A stretch of 64,000 nucleotides of DNA from assembly GCA_964106645.2 (NCBI GenBank), contig OZ067050.1, one strand, 5' to 3'. The translations under genes were made by a program, and so were the position numbers. A model generated the notes under the pieces. That model was not told the DNA's origin and did not search any database. It was given only the letters and a program-made list of their open reading frames with translations. The DNA is from Podarcis pityusensis (Eukaryota). Below, piece after piece: positions 50,704 to 62,853 of this stretch (the stretch's first letter is position 1; every line of letters begins with the position of its first letter).

Positions 50704-53700
50704 GTTGCTATGGAAGGAAGCAGAAACCAGCTGTTAAAAGGGGAGCCCATTTTATTTAGGATTGTTATAATTGTTATTATTTTTCATCCACTTTACTGTT
50801 GCCAACTGTAGACCACTGTGTTAAAAAATTATAGCAAATTCATGTAATCCAAGTTACACTTTGCTTTCTAGTGTGAAAGTATCTGAAAATATCCAGAAAA
50901 TAGATGCAACACATGCTGAGGTACTTTGTGTTATGCAAGATTTGTGAACAAAGGTAGATAGTTGCTGGAGAGAGCGACTATCTGTGTAGGAGAGAATATG
51001 ACAGTTAGGGAGAAAGAAGGAAGGAAGGATGACCAATACATTACTTTCATTGTAAGTGCAAGTGGAAAATATAGAATGGTATCTTACTTTTTTCTTCTTC
51101 ATATGGTTCTCTCCAGTATGCTTCTCCAGTGAAATTAAATGGCTGCATATTTCTCCACCCATACCTGAAATTTTATAGCAATCCTCCAGCAGTTGGATTT
51201 ATGATGACAATAAACATGAATCAACATGGGGAAGACACTTATTAATAATTCTCCTGTCTTTCTAGAGATTTACTCTCACAGGAATTCAACACACCTCAGC
51301 ATTAGGGCTGTATAGAAACAATACTGCATTTTGTTTAGTTTTGCTAATTTGTTTGTTTTGGTTATCATAATAATATCAAAACTATGAAGGGAACTAATCA
51401 TTCCACAACAGCTATATCAGATATACCCATCTGTATGAAATTCTTCTGACATGGATAGCTCTAACTATCAATGTTAATAATGAGTGTAATGAGTCCAGGC
51501 AGCTGGCTTGATAACACAGGACACCAGAGTAATTAACTTGAAGATTTATTGCAAACAAAGCAATTATCCTCAGGGCCCTCTCGCTGAGCGTCCATTAGTA
51601 CACCCAAGTTGACCCTTCTGAGGAATGCTTCCAGTGTCTGCAGAATTTACTGAACCTATGAACCTTGTGTTTCTTGGTTTGTTTTCTGTCTAAAACCCTT
51701 CCCATTCATCAGCTTCTTGGGCTCACTGTGTCAACCAACTCCTCTTCTGGTGAAGAAAAGCTCTTTCTCTTGCTTTTTGTGCCTGCCTGAGAGCTTTGGC
51801 TTGTTCCAGCCTGCTTCTAGCTACTTTCTTATCTGCATTCCTTTTAGTTTCAACAAGAGGAGGGGGAGTCGGCAGGTGCCAGCTCTCCTCTGCCTGAGAG
51901 AAATCCGAGCCTCTCTGCTGCTGGCTGGTGTCTAACTCAGGCTGGAAATTCTGGCTTTGGGCAGGTGTGATCATGACCATGAGGAATACCACTCATTGGC
52001 AAAGAGTGCCTCTTAAAACCAGCACCTGTGGGATAAGTAGTAACTGTATGTCTGAATGTTCCTGATGCTTTTGCACTGCACCCAGATGGAGTTTCTTCAC
52101 GTTTTATAAACCTTTTTGTAAAGCCTCTCCTTCTTGCAGAGGGGAGGAGTTGTGAGTGGGAGCCGTTTCCCACATGCAGGGGGCGTTCCGGCCCCTGCCT
52201 AGCTGTCCCGGCTGCCACGCCATGCCCCCTGGCAGCCAACCAATCAGGTCGATGCTTGGGGGCGGGGTTTAGCTGCTCAAATGCCGCCACAGCAGCATTT
52301 CCCCTTCATTGCGTTGCTGGTTTTCGTCGGATCACCCACCCACCCTCCCTTCAGTTCATTCCTTGTTTCTTGACATTGCTATGGACCTTTGGTTGGTCGC
52401 CTTGGTTGTCCAAGGGGCCTGGTAGGAATTTTTATCCAACTGTCAAAATGGCACCGGCCACTTGGTTTTTCGTCTACCTTGTAACAAATCGTCACAACTT
52501 TTTAGGTATTGGAGGTTAGGCACTGGAATATGTTTGTGTATTTGCAGGGCAGGGTATGGCCACCGCCTACCTCTCCACTTTATGGGTATTCCAGTAAAGG
52601 AATCTGGTAGTCGTGGATCCTGTCTGATGCCCCTGCTGGTGGCTAGGGCCATGGCATGACCCCCGGTGACATCAGGGGGAGCTTTCAGTTGTATTTGCAT
52701 CAACAGGCTCCTCCCACTGGTGGTTAACCCTGGTTAGACTCACACCTCCCTGAGGGGGGGGGGGGAGTCACGCTCTGTTGTTTGATGCAATGCCTAAGCC
52801 AATACATCTCACATGCTGTAATCAATAAAGTTGTGGTCTTTTTTAGCCCATTAACCTAATATACTGTGTCCCTGTGTCTTTCTTATCCTCAAGTGGGTGG
52901 TGGGTCCTTGAATCACAAAAGGAGCTACCTGAGCCTATAATAGGTTAAAGTGAGAATGAAACTATCAAAGCAAGTCCCACCTGCATGTCAACTCCACATG
53001 AGTAGTTCTGCAAGGAACTTCGAGTAGAGACATAAATGTGCCTTATTTTGTTTATTGTAAACCCTTGTATCCACTAAAGAACTCACACCTAGAAATAACC
53101 AATGATTTATTTATTCAAGAAAGATATGTTTAACTTTAGACAGTCTGTTGCAAAGTCAGCAAGTGCAGGCCACAACCAATCACTGATACATCCATCCTCT
53201 CTAATATAGAGATGAAAGTGATCCTAGCTCCCTGGAATGTTAAGGGATGAACATAACCAGTAGATGGTAGAGGAAAGGTTTTGCCTTATTCTGCAGACAG
53301 GCAAGATTCAGAGGATGAAGATTGTATACTGATTGTGTGTTTATCACTGCCCTTCTGTTTCTCCTTCGAGCTGTCAGCCAATAAACAAAACTAAAGAGAA
53401 AAGGGTTTTTTGAAATATGCAATTTATTCTGCTGCTTCTATGGGATAAAGCTAGGATGAAGATGAGAACTTCTGAAATGCTGGGCATAGGGAGTCTTATC
53501 TTCCTGGTTTCTAAGTCATAAATTTAAGCAAAATGCAATCCTCAGTGTTCATGTGCAGCAGAGTACCTCTACAGGTTAATGGTGACTCCAATTTTTCCCA
53601 TCAGTTTGCAATGTGTTCATCTGATACTCCCTGCACATTTGGAGTTAGGAAGTCTGTTGCCTTTTCAAAGGCTTTTGGGGACATAATGAAATTAAGGGGG

Positions 53701-54920
53701 GGGGGTGCAGGAATCCTTTCTGTTTGGGATATTAGACAATGAAATCCCAAGGAATCCCTCAATGACTATAGCAGCAGAAATGAAATGAAGGAAGAATGGT
53801 TGATGAAAATCTTGGAATATGCAGAGATGGCAGAATTGATGGCACTGAAGTGTAAGATAACAGCAGAATATATGTACAAACATGTTAGAGGGAATTAAAT
53901 TAGATAAGACAAAACCTTAAAATGCAATTGTATGTAATCTGAGTTATAAACATCGATGTTGGGTGAGCGGGAAGTCACTAGTTTTGCTGGATTGGAATAT
54001 AATTGTTGAGTAACAAATGTAACTTTGGATATGGAAAAAAGAACAAAATACTATTACAAAAAAGAGAGAGACTGTTGCCTTCCATTGCAATGGACAAGAA
54101 AGATGTTATATCAAGAGCTATACATAGTTCACCAGGAGCTGATTCTTGTATCAAAGGTGCAAGCAGGACAAACACTCTGAACCATTAACATGAGCCAGGC
54201 AAAAGTCAGGGAAAACACATACCCTCCAACATTCCTCTGATGAAAATAGGGACATTTTGGAGGGTAAAGGTAAACGTAGCCCTGACCGTTATGTCCAGTT
54301 GTGGATAGGCAACCACAATTAGGTGTAGTGGTGTAAGTGTGGGTTAAAATGTTTCCCATTGCTTTACTCCAAAGACCGACTGGGAGGAAGGTCAGTTGGA
54401 GCCCTTCTTACCTGGCCCTTGCTCCACCCCCCCAGCCTGCAGCTGATTGGCTAGCCAGGGAGGGAGTAGAACGATGGCCTGCATGCAGAGGGGCATCACC
54501 CTGGCACAGGAAGCCTGAGCTGGGTTGCAAACCCCGCCCACTGCTAAAGGTGTGAGCGGTAATTCCCATTGCTTTACTTTTCCATAGAAAATTCATTCAT
54601 TCAACTTATTACAGTTATTACACCTTAGGTGAAATACAATAAAATTCAGATTAAGCAAAACAACAACCACAGCAATTCTATGCCACCTTTCATCTGCGGA
54701 TCACAGGGCAGTTTACAATATAAAAACACAAAAATACACAATAGAGTAACAGACAAAAACAACAACCCCACCCACTTTTAAAGGCCATAGATTATTGAAT
54801 TAGCCCAAGGCCTGGGCAGCATAGCCCAAAATCACTTATGATGGGAGCTAGAGAAAAAGCATGCAGAGGGCCTTAAACTTTACTATGAGGCTGCCTGTAT
54901 AACATGGTTGGGTGATTGGA

Positions 54921-57102
54921 CTTCCGGGTTAGCGCCTCTGGCAATGGCGGATTTCCTCTGATTGGGAGGAATCCGCTTCATGAGAATTAGGGTCTGGACC
55001 GCCGTGGCGAGGCGGAGACCCACTAAAAAGCACAGGTGGGAGAAGCCTGTGGACGTGGGATTCGGCTGGCACCTTTCGCGCCTCCCCTAATCACGGGGAA
55101 ACCCGGTTTCGGGGATCTGGAGCGATGTGGGGTGAATGACGCGGTGCTTCGAATCGACTGCTCTTTTCACAGAGTGAAGCCGCATTGCTGTTGCCGGAGA
55201 GCACTGACTTTTTCCTGTGGACAATTGGATTTTAAACAACTGCCCATGAGTAGAACGGAAAATTGGACTATGAAATTTCTTAATTTGTTACTGAAGTGGG
55301 AAGGTCTAAACAGGAAGTCCGCCTTCCACTTTTGTAAATAGATTGAAGCAAAGACATGGCAAGCTAGAGTCTGGAAAGTCGTTTGTAAAGGATTAAATTT
55401 TCATCATTTAAAATTACTGAACCCCCCCCCCCTTAGAAGCAGGAGAAGAGGGGGGAATCTTTTTTAGACTGTCTAAACCTGCAGAAGAGAGAGTAAAGAA
55501 AGGTAAATTTCCACCGTCTTGAACCTGGGAGCAGGGTGTCAGGACAGACGTTTTGGGGAAGTTCATTGACTGTGGACAAACGTTTTTGACAGATAGTCAA
55601 AAAAAGAGAAACCTATTGATTCCATTGTTCCCTTTTGCATTTAAAAGGAACAAAATATCCGAAAAAGGAACTTTGTTGCTAGATCTGCTTTTAAAAAGAC
55701 GGATACAAATAGAAATTGTTTCCCCTAGAGGGAGCTTGTGAAACTGTTATTAGAGTCGAACTGGGGAGCTTTGCAGCTGTAGAGATTAAAGATCGTGGGA
55801 CCAGACTTTGACCTTGAACAAGAATGTGCTTAGAAGAAGCTTTAGTGCTTGCTCTTTGCAAGACAAGTGCTTTATTGGAACAGTTACATGAGAAGATGGA
55901 TTTGATGACTGTTGCAGTCGGATATTTTGGACAAACAGTGAATACCTATATAGAACCCACTCAGGAATTAATCCAGGAATGTGCTTTGACAGATCAGATA
56001 AAGGAGGAGGTTGTTGCTGAACCTCAAGTAGCAGAAATGGAGAGAGCTGCGGCCCAGCAGGAACATGAGTTGTTGGATTTGACGAATGAACCTGGAAAAA
56101 GTCAGATTTGGAGAGATGGAGTTCTGTTTGGCTTGGAGATGGGGGGCTGGATGGATCCCCCTATGCAGGGATGTTTTGACCTTTCAAGTCTGGCTTTGGG
56201 CCGGGGGGAGTTGGGAGTTGTGGGGGCCCTTAACTTTGGAGGGACTTTGAAACATGCCTTTAAATATCACATGGATTTCAGTGTTTACTATGGAGAATGG
56301 GCTGACTTGTCGAGAAGGGACAAAGATATTGTCAAGTTGGAGTCTCCCCGAGAGAAAGGAAGGAAATTAAGAATAAGATCAACAGAAGACAAAGTAAAGT
56401 ACAGGTATAAACATGAAGAAGACCTGCGGAAGGGACATGGAAAAGACTTAAGAGCCTCGGATAGAAGGTCACTAGGTTGATGGACTAGATGGATGGGATA
56501 GAAAGGACTGACAAAACCCGAGACCAGGAAGAAGAAACGATGGATGAAGATTGGAAGAAAGTTTTAAAAATTTATTTAGAAATCATCGTAAAATTAATGA
56601 GTATTAGAAAAATGTTGGAATGAAATTATTTGGCTTTAGCAGAAATGTTAAAAAGAATTATGTAAGAATATGTTATGGTTAAAAGAATTAGGTATAAATA
56701 AGACTTAAGTTTTAAGCTTTAGGGTTTTTATGGTAAGATAAGGTTAAAATAGATTAAGGTAATTTAATGACAGAATATTGTGAAAGATGGAAAAGATTTG
56801 CTGAGATAATTAATAACTAGAATACAAAAAAGGAGGTGTGAGGAGGTTGATGAAATAAGTTAATGAAAGTTAAGGATTTGGGAATATTTGATTTGTTTTT
56901 AATTTTTTTGTTTATTTTTGCTTTTTGATTTTGATGTATTGTGTGTTTTGTTTTTTCTCTTTGACTTTGGTTTTTATTGATTTGTATTGTTTAATTGCTA
57001 TTTTTGTCTACCTTTTTCTTTCTTTTTCTTTTTCTCTTGTTTCTTCCTTCTTTTTTCTCTGTAATTTTAAATTCTCAATAAATATCATTTTTTTATAAAA
57101 AA
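54921..57102 (+). mobile_element. Non-autonomous L1-derived retroposon (HAL1-like or internally deleted L1), ~2.18 kb
   Basis: 20-bp TSD AACATGGTTGGGTGATTGGA (54901-54920, 57103-57122); CpG-rich 5' end (GA)CTTCCGG...AATGGCGG; ORF2 C-terminal remnant at ~56477-56585; T-rich 3' UTR, AATAAA at 57077 and an A tail. Absent from the other four units. Confidence 0.85.
55824..56480 (+). CDS. 218-aa ORF within the L1-derived element (ORF1 position; function unknown)
   Basis: ATG-initiated and uninterrupted, with a heptad-like acidic N-terminal half and a basic C-terminus. No recognisable endonuclease or RT motifs. Confidence 0.45.
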   Translation: MCLEEALVLALCKTSALLEQLHEKMDLMTVAVGYFGQTVNTYIEPTQELIQECALTDQIKEEVVAEPQVAEMERAAAQQEHELLDLTNEPGKSQIWRDGVLFGLEMGGWMDPPMQGCFDLSSLALGRGELGVVGALNFGGTLKHAFKYHMDFSVYYGEWADLSRRDKDIVKLESPREKGRKLRIRSTEDKVKYRYKHEEDLRKGHGKDLRASDRRSLG

Positions 57103-57697
57103 AACATGGTTGGGTGATTGGATAAAATTGGATAACACCGATTTACTAGTTTTAGAAGGGTTTGGAAACAGACACTCGCGGGACTGAAATAAACCGCATA
57201 ATGTTTATTAAAAATCATTCATTTTGGATTTAAGAATATTGAACAAATATATTACAACAATTGAAGGATGTATATTTAATTAAATTTTGAATAGTATTAT
57301 TCCATAGTATTAAGTACACAGAATGTAAACATGACAAATGCGTAAATATACAGAAAATATAGAGAAACCAGAAGAGGGAAGGAGGGAAGTACAAACTTGT
57401 TTAGAGTTAAAGTATTAAGGTTAAAAGGAATAAGGTATTTATTATGTATTATGATGGTGAAATTTGTAAAATCTCTAAAACCAATAAAGATCATTAAAAA
57501 AAAGTTTGCAGAGGGCTGCAGGGCAAAGACGGATATTTTAACCACTACACCAATTTTCACAATTTGCAATATAAGCAATGTACCCCTTCTAGATCAATTG
57601 AGAAAACAAAGCTAAATCTATTCAGCTGCTTCAAAGTTTCCTCATAGAATTTCAGGTTTTCTATAATTAGTGTTATACTCTATACAGATATTATCCT

Positions 57698-58672
57698 TCA
57701 CAAAATAAGACTGGAAAAGTTTTTCATAGAGGAGTGAGGCAAACGCAGTAGCTTTGATAGAGCGTTTTTAATCTCCTTATTTCTCATGCTATAGATTACT
57801 GGATTCATCAAGGGTGGAACCATGGAATACATCACTGTAAATGCCAAATCTAGATATGGTGAGGTATTAGAGGTAGGCTTGAAGTACGCAAAGTATCCAG
57901 TAAATACAAATAGGGCATAAACTATGAGATGGGGAAGGCAGGTTGAGAAAGCCTTTCGCCTTCCTTCAGTTGAGGGGATTTTCAGCACGGCATTGAAGAT
58001 GTACACGTAGGTTATGATGATGAAGATAAAACAGCCAACTCCAATGACACCGCTTAACACAAGAACTCCGATTTCCATTAGATACAAATCAGTGCAGGCC
58101 AGCTTAAGTAACTGCGGGATTTCACAAAAAAATTGATTGACTTCATTGGAACAAAAGGGGGATGCAAAGGTACCTCCAGTGTGTAACACTCCATAGAAAA
58201 AGCTGCTGATCCATACACTGCTAATCATTTGAATATAGGCTTGCCTATTCATCAGCATCCCATACTGCAATGGTTTGCAAATGGCAACATACCGATCATA
58301 TGCCATGACTGTGAGAAGAAAGAAATCAGATGCCATAAATGACATGAACAATAGTACTTGTGCAACACACCCAGAGTAGGAAATGTACCTGGTATTCATG
58401 AGGGAATTGAGCATGGATTTGGGATTAATGACTGAAACTTGTCCCAGGTCCTGCATGGCCAAGTTCAGCAGGAAGAAGTACATGGGGGTGTGCAGGTGGT
58501 GGTCAAAGGCTACTGCAGAGATGATGAGAAGATTCCCTGTGACAGTTGCCAAGTACAATACCAGGAATATAACGGAATGTAGAATTTGCAGTTCCCGAAC
58601 TTCTGAGAATTCTAGGAGGAGAAATTCTGAAAAAGATGATTGATTATCCATGCTCTGCTTCTTCACATTCAT
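57698..58672 (-). CDS. Olfactory receptor, OR14-like (324 aa); right flanking gene 'B' of the array
   Basis: Canonical OR motifs; nearly identical to the array copies except in TM5. Confidence 0.97.
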   Translation of the reverse strand: MNVKKQSMDNQSSFSEFLLLEFSEVRELQILHSVIFLVLYLATVTGNLLIISAVAFDHHLHTPMYFFLLNLAMQDLGQVSVINPKSMLNSLMNTRYISYSGCVAQVLLFMSFMASDFFLLTVMAYDRYVAICKPLQYGMLMNRQAYIQMISSVWISSFFYGVLHTGGTFASPFCSNEVNQFFCEIPQLLKLACTDLYLMEIGVLVLSGVIGVGCFIFIIITYVYIFNAVLKIPSTEGRRKAFSTCLPHLIVYALFVFTGYFAYFKPTSNTSPYLDLAFTVMYSMVPPLMNPVIYSMRNKEIKNALSKLLRLPHSSMKNFSSLIL

Positions 58673-60572
58673 GTTGCTGTGGAAGGAAGCAGAAATACCG
58701 CTGTTGAGACGGTTACCCCTCTCATTTAAGTTTTTGTTGCTGATGATGATGTTTAGTTATTGTAGCAGGCAGCAACGTTCTGAAGGAGTCAGTAATTTTT
58801 TTTTTGGGGGGGGGAGGGGAATGAGCCCGAAAATGATGATGATGGCTGTGGATACTAGTGCTATTATTATTAGCAACGCAATTATGTTTGCAAGGTCATT
58901 ATTGTTTGTTCATACCACTGATTCACTATTTCCCTTAAGAGCTTGACTATTTAAAGGAGTTAGGTGCCAAATATCCCACTTTCTGCTGACGGAATCTTTT
59001 GAATGTGTATCAGATACATGCACAATAACGTTGTCAAATTCCAGTCAATACTAGCCTGATATTCTGGCCCCCCTAATATAATGCCATAGCTCAATTTTAG
59101 AAGGCAAAAGGCCATTTCATAATTTATTAGAAACCATGATGACAGGGTGAATCTGACATGAGCTTACTCATCATAGTCAATAGTCATCATCTTTAACATC
59201 TGGCTAATTACTAAGGAGGGCTTTTACTATTCCTTTGTTTCTCTTGATTTCTCATCAGGGACAGATGCTTGGTAAAACTACAGTAAGCTTCTAATTTAAT
59301 GGGAAAGGTCCCAACTTAGGGAAAGAGCACATGTTTCCACAGGTCAGCATCTGGGATCTCCAAGGAGGACTAAGAAAGACCACTGCCTGACATCCTGTGG
59401 AGCTGCTGCCAATCAGGGTAGCCCACCTTTCCCCAGCCTGGTGCCCTTCAGATATTTTGGACTAGAACTTCGTAAGCACTGGCTGTGCTGCCTGGGTCAA
59501 AGGAATTGTAGTCCGAAACCTAAGGAGGGCAGCAGGTTCAGGGAGGCTGGTGTACATAACAACATAGGTAGCCAGTTTATACTGGGTCAAAACCAGTGGT
59601 CCATGTAGCTCAGTTTTGACTACAATGAAAGACATTCAGACATTATTTCCCACCTGCCCTAGCTGAAGATGCTTGGGATCTTCAGTATACAACATGGATG
59701 CTCCACCACTGGCAATGCTGAGGTAGAGGTATCAGTGGTCTGACTCAGCACGAGGCACTTTCCTATGTGACAATGGTTGCCTCCTTTCCACTGGATGGAA
59801 GATTTTGAAAGAATAGGAAAGAAATTGGCGTCCAAAAAATGGCTGCAGATGAACAGTGGTAGAAATATGACGGGTGATATGGGCAGAGGGAAGTTTGGAC
59901 TTGTAACCAGTCCAAAGAAAAAAATAACGTGACAGTTACAATTCAAAAGTAAGAGAGAGAAAATATAGTAAAATACACATCATATAAACATCAGCTAGGA
60001 CGAAATGAAAATAAAGTCCTAAAGAAAAAAAGGAATTTAGGCTTCACAAAGTATAATGTGAAGCTGCACCACAATTGCCACAAAATCATCCAGACAGTCA
60101 CAGTATTATTTTAGTTAATATTTGCCCAGGATATACAAAACCTTTGCCCTAAGTATTTGACCGGGCTCAACATCACCAGGGTTTTAAGAAATAAAAAAAA
60201 GTAAAAATCCTGTTTTTAAAACTCCTCAGATATTTTCCCAGATGAGAAAAATGGATATTCAATTTAAATGTGAATTTACATTCAATATCAGTGACTAGTC
60301 CCATTGCCGACTGTAGACCTCTGCATTAGAAATCTACAGCAAATTAATTCAATTAAAGTTGCAATTCACTTCCTAGTATGAAAACATCTGAAAATATCCA
60401 GAAAATAGATGCAGCACATGTTGATGTACCTTGTATTATGCCAGATTCGTGAACAGAGGTAGAGAGTTCCAGGAGAGAGTGACTATTGGCGCAGGAGAGA
60501 ATATAACAGATAGAGATGACGAAGGGAGGGTGACCAGTTCATTTCTTTCATTCAGAAAATTCAAAGAAAGTA

Positions 60573-60800
60573 TCTTACTATTTTTCTTCATATTCTTTTA
60601 CTTCTCCAGTGCAATTAAATGACTAAATGCCACTCCAGCCAAACGTGCTATTTTATAAGAATACACTTACATTGGTATCTAATAGGACAATAAACATTTA
60701 TCAACATGGGGAAGAAATTTATTAATATATCTTCTGTCTTCCTAGAGATTAGTTCTCATGGGAATTCAACACATCTCAGCATTAGGGTTGTACAGAAACA
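60573..60800 (-). promoter_or_regulatory. Putative promoter and 5' non-coding exon of the OR at 57698-58672
   Basis: Donor GTAAGA (60578-60573), TATAAAA (60657-60651), O/E-like ATTCCCATGAGAA (~60753-60765); acceptor CCACAG at 58677. Confidence 0.7.
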
Positions 60801-61785
60801 ATAATATATTTTGGTCAGTTTTGCTAATTTGATTAGGAAAGCCTGTTTGTTTAGGGTAGCATGAGAATAACGACACTAAGAGGGGAACTAATCATTCCAC
60901 CACAGTTTTCGCAAATGTATTCATTTGCATGCAATTCTTCTGGCATGGAAACCTCTAATTGCCAGTGTTAATGATGAGCAGCACCACATAAAGCCTTGGG
61001 TCGCAAGGCAAGCTGGTCAATAAATCACACAGTTCAAGCTGGCGTTATCTCTTTATTAGTGAGACAGATCTGAGTTTCATGCCTAATGACCACAGCAGCT
61101 CATGACTGACTCCATGAAATCAGTAGTTCTGACTACATGAAATCTGTTGTCCACACTGAAAGTTCGTGCCTCCCCACAGCTGTCTGTGTCTTCTTCTCTC
61201 CAGGGCTTTTTGAAAACAATTGGAGGCTGCACCTGCATGTGGCCTGCCTTTGCTCCCCCTCTCCTGGTTCTGGGAGTATGTGGGGAGGGGAGCCTGCTGC
61301 CAAGCTGATGTCAGTCATGCATATCACAACTTCTCTTAATTTCTAATCAAGCACAGATACTTGGTAAAATCCCAGCAAGCCTCTATTAATCAGGAAGGGC
61401 CCCTCCCCCATTACACATCAGAGAACTACCATCTCTATAATGTTTCTAATGCCTGTTGAAAACTTTAATATTTCAAAAATCCTTCTGAGTGCAGATTTTT
61501 ATCCCAGTAGGTATTGGATTTGGAATTGTTTTTATATCTGAGTAGTAATTAACATTGTGATATTGTGAATGTCCCATCAGTAAAGAAGCTTACTGATGAA
61601 ACAATTCCCCTTCTCTCCTACATACTATTTGGAGGGTTCTTCTAACCCAACCGAGAGTCAAATTTGGAGGGCTTGAGAGGGGCAGGTGGAAGGAGAAAGA
61701 GCCCAAGTGTGTGTGCTAGCAGGAATCACACAGGATATATATAGTGTATGAGTTATATATATGGTATCTATATGGCATGTATATG

Positions 61786-61786
<1 letters not shown>

Positions 61787-61826
<40 letters not shown>
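61787..61826. repeat. (TG)n microsatellite
   Basis: Read directly from the sequence. Confidence 0.95.
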
Positions 61827-61830
<4 letters not shown>

Positions 61831-62115
61831 ATGATACTCATAGACTACCTTTTTCAATCTCCAGTTTCCCATACATTTTTCTTTAGATCCTCCCTTGAAT
61901 ATTATCTGCATAGCTTTACAAGATCTGGTAAAAGTTGAGAATTCTCATACACCATTTGATATATCACCATCTAAAGGAAAGTTGCTTGCAGCACATCATC
62001 TCCACCCCCAAATTGTCAACTGGTATTTAGCTGGGGGAGCGATGCTTCATAAGCACCTTGAAAACCACTTGTAGATCATCACCCACATCTCAGGATCAAA
62101 CCCTTTGCTCATCAG

Positions 62116-62853
62116 GTGCGCAGCCTGGGAGTCATTTCGGACTCACAGCTGTCCATGGAGGCACAGGTTAAATCCGTGTCCAGGGCAGCTGTGTACCAGC
62201 TCCATCTGGTACGTAGGCTGAGACCCTATCTGCCCGCGGACTGCCTCGCCAGAGTGGTGCATGCTCTGGTTATCTCCCGCTTGGACTACTGCAATGTGCT
62301 CTACGTGGGGCTACCTTTGAAGGTGACCCGGAAACTACAACTAATCCAGAATGCAGCAGCCAGACTGGTGACTGGGAGCGGCCGCCGAGACCATATAACA
62401 CCGGTCTTGAAAGACCTACATTGGCTCCCAGTACATTTCCGAGCACAATTCAAAGTGTTGGTGCTGACCTTTAAAGCCCTAAACGGCCTCGGTCCAGTAT
62501 ACCTGAAGGAGCATCTCCACCTCCATCGTTCTACCCGGACACTGAGGTCCAGCACCGATGGCCTTCTGGCGGTTCCCTCACTGCGAGAAACCAAGTTACA
62601 GGGAACCAGGCAGGGGGCCTTCTCGGTAGTGGCGCCCTCCTTGTGGAACGCCCTCCCACCAGATGTCAAAGAGAACAACAACTACCAGACTTTTAGAAGA
62701 CATCTGAAGGCAGCCCTGTTTAGGGAAGCTTTTAATGTTTGATGTATCACAGTATTTTAATATTCTTTTGGAAGCCGCCCAGAGTGGCTGGGGAAATCCA
62801 GCCAGATGGGCGGGGTATAAATAATAAATTATTATTATTATTATTATTATTAT
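62116..62853 (+). mobile_element. Young 5'-truncated L2-clade LINE
   Basis: Open 208-codon RT C-terminal frame (SRLDYCN..., HITPVLKDLHWLPV..., FSVVAPSLWNALP), a 3' UTR and an (ATT)n tail. Confidence 0.9.

Larger units (their letters stand above)
25396..58672. repeat. Tandem segmental duplication, ~5.76 kb unit, five units plus a partial overlap at the gap
   Basis: OR start codons at 25395, 31162, 36926, 44942, 50703 and 58672 (spacings 5767, 5764, 8016, 5761, 7969). The intergenic ORF set recurs almost identically. The two long spacings are explained by the gap overlap and by a 2.2 kb insertion. Confidence 0.95.

Noticed and set aside
62116-62742. 208-aa ORF as a host gene
   Set aside because: It is the C-terminal part of an L2 reverse transcriptase ORF with a non-ATG start, followed by the LINE tail.
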